From positions 1-52,408 of the IMG/VR virus record IMGVR_UViG_3300034101_004850: 52,408 nucleotides of DNA, one strand, 5' to 3'. Source of the stretch: a virus. Taxonomy: Duplodnaviria > Caudoviricetes. The notes below the pieces were generated by a model, which was not told where the DNA came from, did not search any database, and saw nothing but the letters and a program-made list of their open reading frames with translations. Shown piece after piece: positions 7,468-16,432 of the stretch; within the stretch, counting starts at the first letter, position 1, and every line of letters begins with the position of its first letter. A program made the translations under genes and the position numbers.

Positions 7468-8887
7468 TAGTTAGTATATTATATCCGTAATGTGCCTGCC
7501 AGTCAATAGCATCTTGATGATCATTTAAAAGAGGTTGACCCTTAATGTTTAAACTAGTGTTTAATAAAATAGGAACTCCAGTCTGTAAATAAAACTTATT
7601 AAGAACTTTATATAGTCCAGGGTGTTGTTCTTTAGTAACTGTTTGCACCCTTGATGTTCCATCCTCGTGCACAACAGATGGTATTTTTTCTGGCTGTAGA
7701 CATTTAACTGTATATTGCATATAAGGACTTTCAAAATTCATATCGAACCATTTAGAAGCATGCTCTGCCATGACTACTGGTGCAAATGGTCTGAACTGTT
7801 CCCTTTGCTTTATTGAATTAACTTTATCTTTTATGTTAGGGTCTCTAGGATCTGCTAAAATAGATCTATTGCCTAATGCTCTTGGGCCGTACTCAGCTCT
7901 TCCTGAAGCAACTGCGACTATACCATCTTTTAAAATACCCTTTACAATATCATCAATTGGATATGTTCCACCCATATCATGGCCAAGGTAAGGTGTTTTC
8001 CAATTTATATGCTTTCCGTACAGTGCTGCTGCTGCTCCTAAAGAGCTGCCAGCATCTCCTGGGTTTGGCATAATCCAAACTGAATCAAAAATATCCCACA
8101 GAGCGGTGTTTGCTGATGAGTTAAGTGCACACCCACCCATAAATACTAGGTTACTTTTCCCAGTTAATTCTTTAGCCATTTTCATAAACTCTAACAGTCT
8201 TTTTTGATATACATACTGTACGGCTGCCGCTATATCAAATCTGTCTTGTTCTGTAATTGCTTCATTCCAATCAACAATCCCTTTATGTAAATTGTATTTT
8301 TGCATGTCATGTCTAAGAAAATAGTTAGATACTTTTGGAGCATATCTTTCTGCATTTCCATAAGCAGCCATTCCCATCATTATGTATTCTTCTTGATTTG
8401 GCATAAGGCCAATAAGTTTCGTAAATGCAGAGTAGAATAGGCCGAAGCTTGTGGGGTAATTTTTCTTGTACTTTAGACTAATACTTTCTCCTTCTCCAAC
8501 CCAAATTGTTGAAGTGTTATACTCCCCTATTGCATCTAAAACAACTATGCATGCGTCATTAAACTTGCTTGTATAGTACCCAGCTGCTGCATGAGAATAA
8601 TGATGTTTAAAGTAGTGAACTGGAACATCAATAGGAAATGTAGGCTTCCAGTCTGACTTCCCACCCCTTAAAATAATTCTAGATCTTTTTAGCATAGGCT
8701 TTTCGTAATAGGCAATTGCATCTGGTGTGCCATAATTTAAAGCGTCTAGTATAATTTCTTTGTTATTGTACCAATCATTTTTTTTCTTACTGTATCTTTC
8801 TGCATGCCCCGCAAACAAGATTTCTCCATCTTTTATAAGGGACACTGAAGCATCATGGGATGTTTCGTTTATACCAAGGATGATCAT
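7445..8887 (-). CDS. Carbamoyltransferase (NodU/CmcH/TobZ family)
   Basis: ILGINETSHDAS, ERYSKKK, HHYSHAAA, VLDAIGE, GGCALN, PGDAGSSLG, EYGPRALGNRSILADP, KQREQFRPFAP, VHEDGTSRVQTV, LLNTSLN. Confidence 0.93.
   Translation of the reverse strand: MIILGINETSHDASVSLIKDGEILFAGHAERYSKKKNDWYNNKEIILDALNYGTPDAIAYYEKPMLKRSRIILRGGKSDWKPTFPIDVPVHYFKHHYSHAAAGYYTSKFNDACIVVLDAIGEYNTSTIWVGEGESISLKYKKNYPTSFGLFYSAFTKLIGLMPNQEEYIMMGMAAYGNAERYAPKVSNYFLRHDMQKYNLHKGIVDWNEAITEQDRFDIAAAVQYVYQKRLLEFMKMAKELTGKSNLVFMGGCALNSSANTALWDIFDSVWIMPNPGDAGSSLGAAAALYGKHINWKTPYLGHDMGGTYPIDDIVKGILKDGIVAVASGRAEYGPRALGNRSILADPRDPNIKDKVNSIKQREQFRPFAPVVMAEHASKWFDMNFESPYMQYTVKCLQPEKIPSVVHEDGTSRVQTVTKEQHPGLYKVLNKFYLQTGVPILLNTSLNIKGQPLLNDHQDAIDWQAHYGYNILTSASSLVG
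7478..7506 (-). promoter_or_regulatory. Sigma70/SigA-type promoter for the tRNA-ahpC-ahpD block, embedded in the carbamoyltransferase 3' end
   Basis: TTGACT (7506-7501), 17-nt spacer, TATAAT (7483-7478). The tRNA starts 10 nt downstream. Confidence 0.8.
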
Positions 8888-8979
8888 TAGTAAGTAAACC
8901 TATCCTTATTCCCCTTTTTTAAGATTAATCTTTTTAGTTTGCTATATTTATATTTTATTAAAAACAATAAATATTTCAT
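8887..8979 (-). CDS. 30-aa basic peptide translationally coupled to the carbamoyltransferase (not in ORF track)
   Basis: MKYLLFLIKYKYSKLKRLILKKGNKDRFTY*. TGATG overlap with the upstream gene and TAATG overlap with the downstream gene. Confidence 0.6.
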   Translation of the reverse strand: MKYLLFLIKYKYSKLKRLILKKGNKDRFTY

Positions 8980-9659
8980 CACTGATCTTCTCCATTAATT
9001 TTGTTCTTTCCTTTTTCCCATCCATCAATTTTGCGGGCATTGATAAAGGATAGGCCATACTTTGCAGTATCTGCTGAATTTTCTTCTTGCCATCCAGTAA
9101 TATGGGCCCACTTTCTATTTATTCCATCGAGCTGTTCTTTTGTTGCTACGTTTAAAGCCTTATCATCTTCATTTATGTAGTGAAAAAATGCCATCTTAAG
9201 GAACTGGCCTTCCTCGAACTTTGTTTCCATTCTCCAGTGATCTTGATCTCTAACATTAACTGTTAGTGCGCTATTGTCTTCAAGAGAGTAAGGTACACCC
9301 TCTACGTAAACATCCCAGTTTACATTAGATTCTATTTGGCAAAGAAGGCTTGCGGTAAATGGGGCTTGGTCTTTATGCGGACCAAGCTTGGGTTCTCCAT
9401 ATTCGTTGTTGTATTCAACAAAGCTGTAGTACCAGAACTTAAACTCTTTGCCGTCATGGTTTAAAAGCTCTTTAGCTATCTTTTCCGCTTTTGCAAGTAA
9501 AGATTCTGGAAGAAGATGTAGGCTATTTCTATCATAATCTAATCTAGTTCTTCCTAAAAAGTCTTGAATTTCTTTAGTATCATCTCTTTTTTCATTAGCC
9601 AACAGGATATCCTGTATTTCTTCTTTTGAAAAAACATTATAAATTATTCTATTTTCCAT
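8979..9659 (-). CDS. 2OG-Fe(II) oxygenase-like protein
   Basis: LGPHKD (HxD), distal HWR, double-stranded beta-helix-like pattern. Confidence 0.7.
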   Translation of the reverse strand: MENRIIYNVFSKEEIQDILLANEKRDDTKEIQDFLGRTRLDYDRNSLHLLPESLLAKAEKIAKELLNHDGKEFKFWYYSFVEYNNEYGEPKLGPHKDQAPFTASLLCQIESNVNWDVYVEGVPYSLEDNSALTVNVRDQDHWRMETKFEEGQFLKMAFFHYINEDDKALNVATKEQLDGINRKWAHITGWQEENSADTAKYGLSFINARKIDGWEKGKNKINGEDQ

Positions 9660-9894
9660 TTTCTACCCCGCTTATTGATTTCTCTACTATTTTCTGAGTA
9701 TACTCAGAAAAATGCTTTCTTATTGAGCCAGTAGGCCTTGACCCAATAGACTCCCATATTCTTTTATACTCTAAAACATTTGCAAATGTAGTGGGGCATA
9801 AAGATATTCCTTCATACTCTCTTAACAAGGTAGGTAAGGGTACATGCTTCGTGCAACACAGACATTGTCTTGCTTGTTCTTGATAGTTTATCAT
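9649..9894 (-). CDS. Hypothetical protein, possible Zn-binding
   Basis: CLCC...LCPT motif; overlaps the terminase stop. Confidence 0.65.
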   Translation of the reverse strand: MINYQEQARQCLCCTKHVPLPTLLREYEGISLCPTTFANVLEYKRIWESIGSRPTGSIRKHFSEYTQKIVEKSISGVENGK

Positions 9895-11681
9895 ACTATT
9901 TCCATTCCACTCAAGGCATCAGAAAGGTCTCTTGGCATTGCCGAAGGAGCTTTTATCAAATTGGTGCTTTCTTTTACCAAGCTTTCTCGGTATTGTTTTT
10001 TTACTGAGCCGTAATCGTGAACCTCTATATCTCCAAATGCAGCTCTGGTTAAGCTAATTGCATTATATATTGATCCGCAAACTGCGTCAGCTAAATCTTT
10101 AGAACCTTTTCTTGGGTGGTCAACCTTGTCACGCATAATTCTTAACTCTAACAATTCGTCAATGAGAAGCGGTATGTGTGGTCCATTTAATCTTTCTTCT
10201 AAAACCACCATGGCCATGTCATCATAATGCTTTTTTGCCACAGATAAAGTTTCTGTATTTATTCCATACTGCTTTAGTTGTTGCATCATATCGTGAGAGT
10301 TCCATCTGTCAAATGTACATATTCTAATATTAAACCCCCTAGACCTTAATGATAATATATAGTCTCTTACCTCTGCAAAGTCTACTGACTTATCTGAAGT
10401 TGGGGTCCAATACATTACAGCATCCACTTTAACAATTGGAGCTGGCTGAGAATAACTATCTGTAACTTTTACACTAACAAACTTTTCAATGTGGGCCATT
10501 GATACTGCACAATGGTCGTGCTTTTGCGCCAAGTCAACGTGGATAAAATATTCCTTGTCTTCTTCTGGCTGGAACCATTCTTCAAATCTTCCAAATCCAT
10601 CTACAGCTATTGAAAGATCATTGAATGCCATCTCAACCTTTTCACGAGATTTAAAAAATGCATCAATTGCTTCTGGTGGCATGCAAGCAAATCTTCCTAG
10701 TGCGTCTGTAACATCTCTATAGAAGGCAATTTTAAAATCTTCAATGCCTCTTGTTGGATTTACATCCCAAGTTGGCCTACGTATTGCGTACACTCTTGGA
10801 TACTTATAAGAAATAATTTGATCTTCATCCCAAAATATGTCAAACTCATTTCCAACCGTATTATCTGGCAGGTCTGGGTCTAACTTAAATCTATGTGACC
10901 TCGATATAACTTCTTTTTCTGAAATAATATCTTCGTATCTTTGTTGAATATAGTCATTTTTAAATCTTGGAAAAGAAAGAAGAATTACCTTTCCATAATC
11001 TGGAAAACGAGAGTCAACAGATGCCCTGTACATATCATAAATTCCGCTAGCAGTTTTTGCTTGATCATGACCACTTGTGCTATCTAGTGCAAAGCCAGAA
11101 ATTTCATCTAGAACTGCTACTAAAACGTTGTATCCTTCAAATGCTTCTCTTTCTGAATGTCCAGAATAAACAGTAACATTCTTATCAAATTTTATTTCTG
11201 AAGCTTTTTCAAAGTACTTTCCTATAAACCATGGCGAATGTGTTACCCTATTCTTAAATCCTTTAAAAAATACGTTGTTTGCCTGCTGAGCGTTAATAGC
11301 AATATTAATAATATCAATTGAATCACCTGGAGGTTTGCCATAATATGATGCTGGGTCTTTAAGACATAATAGTAAATATACTATATAGGCAACAGATATA
11401 GTAGAGCAGTAGTCTTTACCGCTTCCTTTTCCTAGTTGAGCTACAACTTCATTACATGTTTGTCTATATCTAAGAGATCCTTCTTTTTCGCCAAACAGCT
11501 TTATCAGTGTTGACTCTTTATAAATCTGAGATGATTTTTCAATAAGAGTATACTGATGGTCTGATAAGTCTGGAAGACCAAGATAATTTTTATCAGTTAC
11601 AAATGTTTTTAAGTCGACAGGTCTCTCGTCAAACTCTTCACCGTCGAGTATGTCAATAAGGTCATCAAAGTTAAATTCCAC
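9891..11681 (-). CDS. terL: Terminase large subunit
   Basis: Walker A GKGSGKD, Walker B VAVLDE, LLSFP coupling motif, RNase H-like nuclease HVDLA...KDLADA. Confidence 0.92.
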   Translation of the reverse strand: MEFNFDDLIDILDGEEFDERPVDLKTFVTDKNYLGLPDLSDHQYTLIEKSSQIYKESTLIKLFGEKEGSLRYRQTCNEVVAQLGKGSGKDYCSTISVAYIVYLLLCLKDPASYYGKPPGDSIDIINIAINAQQANNVFFKGFKNRVTHSPWFIGKYFEKASEIKFDKNVTVYSGHSEREAFEGYNVLVAVLDEISGFALDSTSGHDQAKTASGIYDMYRASVDSRFPDYGKVILLSFPRFKNDYIQQRYEDIISEKEVISRSHRFKLDPDLPDNTVGNEFDIFWDEDQIISYKYPRVYAIRRPTWDVNPTRGIEDFKIAFYRDVTDALGRFACMPPEAIDAFFKSREKVEMAFNDLSIAVDGFGRFEEWFQPEEDKEYFIHVDLAQKHDHCAVSMAHIEKFVSVKVTDSYSQPAPIVKVDAVMYWTPTSDKSVDFAEVRDYILSLRSRGFNIRICTFDRWNSHDMMQQLKQYGINTETLSVAKKHYDDMAMVVLEERLNGPHIPLLIDELLELRIMRDKVDHPRKGSKDLADAVCGSIYNAISLTRAAFGDIEVHDYGSVKKQYRESLVKESTNLIKAPSAMPRDLSDALSGMEIV

Positions 11682-12207
11682 TTACTTCCTCGATAATCTC
11701 TATTGGTTCAACAATTCCAGTAATCTGTGATAATCTTTTAGCTACTTCCATTTTACATTTTGGGCATGTTGCGGTAACTTCTTTTAGTATTTTAACTAAG
11801 ACTTCTTGTTTTCTTTCCGCCTCTGCTATCTGTCCAGCCAGCTCTGCATTATCCAACAAGCCAACCTCTTGAAGCATTCCTATTCTTTTGCCCTCTATAT
11901 CAGCAATCAGCTTGAGGGCTCCAGATTTAACGCTTAGCTGTCCAGCCTGATCAGCATCTTCAACTGTTTTCCATGCTTCTTTAATTAGCATAGCATAGTG
12001 TTGATCAGCTCCAGAGATAGCCTCTTTAGCACGTTCACGGGCCGATGTATCGTTGCGGACAACGTTCTTCCACTCATCTATCAGGCCAACCACTTCTGCC
12101 CTCTTAAACCCTGTAAGGGTAGCAATCTGGGTAGGGTTGTTTCCCCTAAGCAGTTCTTCAACTACTTTATTCATGCGATCAAAATGATCAGCTAGTTCAA
12201 TTTCCAT
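11671..12207 (-). CDS. Probable terminase small subunit (N-terminal HTH plus helical region)
   Basis: LRGNNPTQIATLTG HTH, helical middle, CPKC. Immediately upstream of and overlapping terL. Confidence 0.6.
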   Translation of the reverse strand: MEIELADHFDRMNKVVEELLRGNNPTQIATLTGFKRAEVVGLIDEWKNVVRNDTSARERAKEAISGADQHYAMLIKEAWKTVEDADQAGQLSVKSGALKLIADIEGKRIGMLQEVGLLDNAELAGQIAEAERKQEVLVKILKEVTATCPKCKMEVAKRLSQITGIVEPIEIIEEVSGI

Positions 12208-12215
12208 ATGACTTT

Positions 12216-12244
12216 ATTATACTTCTAGTCGACTGAAATAGCAA
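12216..12244 (-). promoter_or_regulatory. Promoter for the terminase operon
   Basis: TTGCTA (12244-12239), 17-nt spacer, TATAAT (12221-12216). ATG lies 8 nt downstream with no SD. Confidence 0.65.
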
Positions 12245-12566
12245 ATTCCTTAGCAACCTTTAATAAGATCAAGTAACCAATTAGGTCATCAATATCATTA
12301 TCGCCTGGATATTCTTCACCTTTAATTAGTCTATTTAATTTATCATCAATTCTGACATATAGCTGCTCTTTTGGACCCGCCTTTGAAAATATACGAACTG
12401 GGTCTAGTGCAGAGTTTCCATATGAAATGTTTTTCTTTATAAGCATATGAGCAATATCAAGGCATGTAGATAGAATTTCTTTACCAGCCTCTGTCCCTAC
12501 TGTAAGCAGATAAAGGTCGTCATATTTAAATACTTTTGAATCTTCAAAAACTGGTGTTGGACTCAT
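12225..12566 (-). CDS. Nucleotide modification associated domain 1 (Nmad1/DUF1599)-like protein
   Basis: KKNISYGNS...VRIDDKLNRL...DLIGYLIL pattern. Confidence 0.75.
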   Translation of the reverse strand: MSPTPVFEDSKVFKYDDLYLLTVGTEAGKEILSTCLDIAHMLIKKNISYGNSALDPVRIFSKAGPKEQLYVRIDDKLNRLIKGEEYPGDNDIDDLIGYLILLKVAKEFAISVD

Positions 12567-12703
12567 TTTATTAATCCCTTTTCTTTTAAAGCTCTATATA
12601 TGGTCATAACAGTTACGCCACATTCTTGTGCTATATTTTCCATAGTTTTCTTCTGAACAACATACCTTCTGTACAGCCACTCTTTATTCTTATAGGGCTT
12701 CAT
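12563..12703 (-). CDS. 46-aa helix-turn-helix protein (not in ORF track)
   Basis: MKPYKNKEWLYRRYVVQKKTMENIAQECGVTVMTIYRALKEKGLIK*. Contains an IAxxxGVxxxTI HTH and has ATGA overlaps on both sides. Confidence 0.8.
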   Translation of the reverse strand: MKPYKNKEWLYRRYVVQKKTMENIAQECGVTVMTIYRALKEKGLIK

Positions 12704-13266
12704 CGTTTAGTTAACACCTCATTTGAATAATATGCAATTCCAAATGCATCTGCAACATCAAAGTCGTTGATGTTTAAGTTGTACATCTTGTTAAAATAAT
12801 CTACTGTTCTTTGTTTACGCATATTCCTTAGCTGGTTTTTATACCATGAGTCTGCGTATCCTGGATTCTTTACTCTTATCGCTTCTTTTTCATCTTTAGT
12901 TGGGTTCTTATTTCCAATGTGCGCTTGCCATGCACTTGGAGATATGGTAATAACTGACGCTCCAGTAGACATAAGCTCAGCGATTACAACTCCGTACACA
13001 TAAGATAATTTTATCACAGCATCAGCAGATTTGACAAGTATGGCTCCCTCTACTGATATATAATCAGACTTAAGCTCATCAAGCATTAGAGATGTTTTTA
13101 CTTTAGCATCATATATTTTTTCATATATATCGTTACCCACCAAATTAATTTTACCCCATTTAATTGGTTTATTATTTTCAATTAAGCAAAAAGCAATTGA
13201 GCTTGTTGAAGCGTCTATCCCTAGAACTCTATGGGCTTTTGTTTTAACTAGGTTAGCTAATGTCAT
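12700..13266 (-). CDS. ruvC: RuvC-like Holliday junction resolvase
   Basis: VLGIDAS, ISVEG, DVADAFGIA catalytic acidic motifs. Confidence 0.85.
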   Translation of the reverse strand: MTLANLVKTKAHRVLGIDASTSSIAFCLIENNKPIKWGKINLVGNDIYEKIYDAKVKTSLMLDELKSDYISVEGAILVKSADAVIKLSYVYGVVIAELMSTGASVITISPSAWQAHIGNKNPTKDEKEAIRVKNPGYADSWYKNQLRNMRKQRTVDYFNKMYNLNINDFDVADAFGIAYYSNEVLTKR

Positions 13267-13531
13267 TAATCATACCGATAATCTTTTTCTTATTTTCCAA
13301 AGACTTATTCTTTTCACATTTAGAGCATATGTTTAAAGAGTTATACCTACTTAAAACAATATTGCATTTTGAGCATGTTCTTTTAGCCCCATTTCTTATA
13401 GCCTTTTTTTCATAATATTTTTCCATGATTTTTTTATTAGTTGCAATTCTGCAACACTCATCAGAACAATACTTTTGGTTATGGGTTTTCTGAGTAAAGT
13501 CCTTTGAGCATGATGAATTAAGGCAGATCAT
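13253..13531 (-). CDS. Cys-rich zinc-binding hypothetical protein
   Basis: CxxxxC, KYCSDECC, CSKC and CSKC motifs. Confidence 0.7.
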   Translation of the reverse strand: MICLNSSCSKDFTQKTHNQKYCSDECCRIATNKKIMEKYYEKKAIRNGAKRTCSKCNIVLSRYNSLNICSKCEKNKSLENKKKIIGMINDIS

Positions 13532-14319
13532 ATAACTGGAACCTGAAATCTTTCAATTTGAACTGTCCCAACTGGAGTTTCTTTTGAGTAGCACTCTTTT
13601 TTAATTGGACAATATGTGCAGGGCATCTTAGATTTTGTTGCTCCATCTGGTCTCATGGGAAGATTGCCATCTTTAAAGTTATCCCAAACCTCTTGCATCC
13701 AAATAAATGTGTCCTCGATTATTTTTGTATTTTTTTCATTCATAGAAACTGGAATAACCAATATCTCCTGAGTGTTTTTATTTTCATACAAAAAGAATCC
13801 TTCTTTAGCATTCTTTAGCTTCATGTATGTTAGTAGCTGCAACATGTGGTTTGGGGAAGACTTCATTTCGGATTGTCTTGTATCCCAGACTTCTTGCTTA
13901 GCCGTTTTAATTTCACCAATAACCGTCTCACCATCATACTCCATGATAAGATCAATGAAACCTCTGATTGGCGGATACTCGTTTACAATTTCTTCTTCTT
14001 CAGCTCTCCATTGAGGCATTGTCTTAATTAAATTTTGAAGCCTTTCATGAGCTTGTGTCCCTTGAGCCATGTTGGCAACAGCGATGGCATCATTGTTATC
14101 TATAAACATTGCTCCTGAAAAAGCCATGTACCAATATCTTGGGCATGTACCATGGCCATAGCCCAAAGAGCTTGGGCTAAAAGATTTCTTTGTCATATCT
14201 CCATCTGCACGTTTAGTATTTCTGTATGACTCATCAAGCAATTCGGCAAAAAGATCTGGGTCAAAATGCTTCATGGTGTGCTTTTTAAACTTAAGGTTTC
14301 TAACTATATCTCTACCCAT
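13528..14319 (-). CDS. Cas4-like / PD-(D/E)xK exonuclease
   Basis: CPR, GTQAHE, GFID, GEIKT, QLLTY, CTYCPIKKEC (4-Cys Fe-S pattern). Confidence 0.85.
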   Translation of the reverse strand: MGRDIVRNLKFKKHTMKHFDPDLFAELLDESYRNTKRADGDMTKKSFSPSSLGYGHGTCPRYWYMAFSGAMFIDNNDAIAVANMAQGTQAHERLQNLIKTMPQWRAEEEEIVNEYPPIRGFIDLIMEYDGETVIGEIKTAKQEVWDTRQSEMKSSPNHMLQLLTYMKLKNAKEGFFLYENKNTQEILVIPVSMNEKNTKIIEDTFIWMQEVWDNFKDGNLPMRPDGATKSKMPCTYCPIKKECYSKETPVGTVQIERFQVPVI

Positions 14320-14657
14320 TACGAATTATACCTAACGACATACTTAAGTGCATCTACAAGTTTGTCTATGGACTCCTTCACTGAATAATAAACATTTTTT
14401 TTGTTATTGTTAACTGTACCAGCTTTGTCTTTTGCTATCGTTGAATAGAATGAAGACATTACGGCAAACTTTGTTGACATTGCCTGAAGCTCCATTATCA
14501 GCAAAGGGGCTTTTGCGGAAGGAACGTCTGGATTCATCAATAGCTTTACTACAATTGATAAAGCCTTATCTAAATGCTCGTCTTTCATAAACTCATGAAG
14601 ATCATTGAATTCAGTTATAGAGCTAATTAATTGAAGAGTGTTATTGTCCTCTGTCAT
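14319..14657 (-). CDS. Hypothetical protein
   Basis: 112-aa helical ORF, coupled to the exonuclease by a TAATG overlap. Confidence 0.7.
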   Translation of the reverse strand: MTEDNNTLQLISSITEFNDLHEFMKDEHLDKALSIVVKLLMNPDVPSAKAPLLIMELQAMSTKFAVMSSFYSTIAKDKAGTVNNNKKNVYYSVKESIDKLVDALKYVVRYNS

Positions 14658-14748
14658 TCTTAATCCTCTTATCCCATTTATCTATAAACAATCCCATTGC
14701 GTAGCCAAATAGGAATCCAATTGCAATCCCAAATAAAAAAGATAGCAT
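14641..14748 (-). CDS. 35-aa single-pass membrane peptide (not in ORF track)
   Basis: MLSFLFGIAIGFLFGYAMGLFIDKWDKRIKNDRGQ*. TAATG overlap with the ssb stop. Confidence 0.65.
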   Translation of the reverse strand: MLSFLFGIAIGFLFGYAMGLFIDKWDKRIKNDRGQ

Positions 14749-15134
14749 TAAAATGGAACCTCTGCATACGTCTTGTATGAAGGAAAATCGTTTGCAGGCT
14801 TATCTTTTGCCAAACTGTATGTAGTCACAGAAATTGAATCTGCATTAATTTCGTATGAACTTCTCTTAATACCGTCTTTATCTGTCCAATTTTCTTCATA
14901 AATTTTACCAACTATTGTTACTTCCATGCCTTTTCGAATTACAGACTTAGATTGATCGGCAAGTGTTCGCCATGCCTTTACGGTCCACCATGAAGTGTTT
15001 TTGTCTTCCCACGCACCTGTTGTATCATTTTTAACACGATCATTTGTTGCAACTCTAAAACGAAGACCATTCGATCCGATAGCCTCTGGGTCACTTCCAA
15101 CTCGACCTACGATTGTAATTGTTGGGTTAGCCAT
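14748..15134 (-). CDS. ssb: Single-stranded DNA-binding protein (bacterial type)
   Basis: ITIVGRVGSDPE, FRVATN, VKAWRTLA, KGMEVTIVGK and C-terminal EVPF tail. Start MANP at 15134 after AAGGAG. Confidence 0.9.
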   Translation of the reverse strand: MANPTITIVGRVGSDPEAIGSNGLRFRVATNDRVKNDTTGAWEDKNTSWWTVKAWRTLADQSKSVIRKGMEVTIVGKIYEENWTDKDGIKRSSYEINADSISVTTYSLAKDKPANDFPSYKTYAEVPF

Positions 15135-15170
15135 TTTTTTGCTCCTTATATTAGTGCTTGAAAGCATTTG

Positions 15171-16133
15171 CTACAAGCTAAGTTCTTTTCCATCTATGTA
15201 GAATATTTTATCATTATCAATAAATAATGGCAATAGGTGTGAAAAATCGCTTGTCTCTTTACCATCAATAACAATTCTTCTAGATGTTTCGCCATCATTA
15301 ACAAAAGATAGAACCTTCTCTTTTTCTTTTTCTAGCCAATTTTCTACACCATGTTTTGCCGCACCTTCATGCCATTCAGAAGACCCAACATACTGTTTAG
15401 ACGCAAAAACCCTTACGAATATTTTATTGCTTCCTTCATTTGCAGCACGTGCACTGTGCCAGTATGGTCTTCCAGATGGGAATGCTGTTATGTCTCCCAT
15501 TTTAGGCTTGTATGTTGTCATAGACTTTTCATTTTCACTAATAAAATCTACTTCCCCACCCTCATAATCATCATTCAAATAAAAAGTATATGTGACAATT
15601 TGTTTTGGACCTGGCCAGGTATGTCTTTGCTCATGCCAATCAGTATGAATATCTATAGTAAACTCTGAGTCATTATTTATTCTGTGCTGAAGAACTTCTA
15701 TGTCTGAAAAACACATACCATAAATTCCTCTATCTAAAGAGAAATCTCTGCCAGCATACTCTGGCCAGCTATTTTTATCGTAGCTGGAAAAATAATCTTC
15801 GTGAGCTTTTGATATTCCATCTAATATTAGCTTTCTTACAGCAACCTGCTTTTTGCCAACATCAGAAAGGTCTTTCTCTATGTTATTGCTAAAAAATGTT
15901 TTTTTGCCATAGTTATACCAAGTTGACCATGATTTAATTATTGTGCCGTCATCCTTTTCAACTGGGTCTGGTCCATGATAATCTGCATAAGAAGAATCTT
16001 CTGGGAGAGCAAACGCTTTGCCAGAGACATCATCTTCTGATTCTAAAATTGTATTTCTAATTAGATTAATATCTTCTTCAGAGAATATGTCCCTATACAA
16101 AACTACCTTGTCATAAATTTCTTTCTTTATCAT
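15171..16133 (-). CDS. 2OG-Fe(II) oxygenase (prolyl-4-hydroxylase-like)
   Basis: HTD, FYLNDDYEGGE, YKPKMGD, FPS..PYWH. Confidence 0.85.
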   Translation of the reverse strand: MIKKEIYDKVVLYRDIFSEEDINLIRNTILESEDDVSGKAFALPEDSSYADYHGPDPVEKDDGTIIKSWSTWYNYGKKTFFSNNIEKDLSDVGKKQVAVRKLILDGISKAHEDYFSSYDKNSWPEYAGRDFSLDRGIYGMCFSDIEVLQHRINNDSEFTIDIHTDWHEQRHTWPGPKQIVTYTFYLNDDYEGGEVDFISENEKSMTTYKPKMGDITAFPSGRPYWHSARAANEGSNKIFVRVFASKQYVGSSEWHEGAAKHGVENWLEKEKEKVLSFVNDGETSRRIVIDGKETSDFSHLLPLFIDNDKIFYIDGKELSL

Positions 16134-16432
16134 TCTTCCCCCTTTTGGTTATTAACTAAGTCTTCAAGCGTTGCCCACTCTATTACTGCCAACCTAACCT
16201 TTGATTCAGTTCCTATTATTAATTTAAGAGCTGGGTACATATTCCTATCCACTTTAAATGTATCTGTGCATATTTTTGACCAGACCTCTTTATTTAAATT
16301 AAAAGAAGAGTTAGACTCTTTATAATCTACAAGAAAACCATTCCATTTAGCGTCACCCTTTTGATAGTCCCCACGCCCACTATTTTTTTGAGCCTTGGCT
16401 CCGTCTCTTTTTACTTCAGATCTTTCAGACAT
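16130..16432 (-). CDS. Small PD-(D/E)xK nuclease / Hjc-like resolvase
   Basis: ERSE...NSGRG...KGDA...VDYKE pattern. Confidence 0.55.
   Translation of the reverse strand: MSERSEVKRDGAKAQKNSGRGDYQKGDAKWNGFLVDYKESNSSFNLNKEVWSKICTDTFKVDRNMYPALKLIIGTESKVRLAVIEWATLEDLVNNQKGEE

Noticed and set aside
13528-14319. Cas4-like gene as evidence of a CRISPR-Cas system
   Set aside because: No repeat-spacer array or other cas genes are visible. Stand-alone Cas4-like exonucleases are ordinary phage recombination genes.
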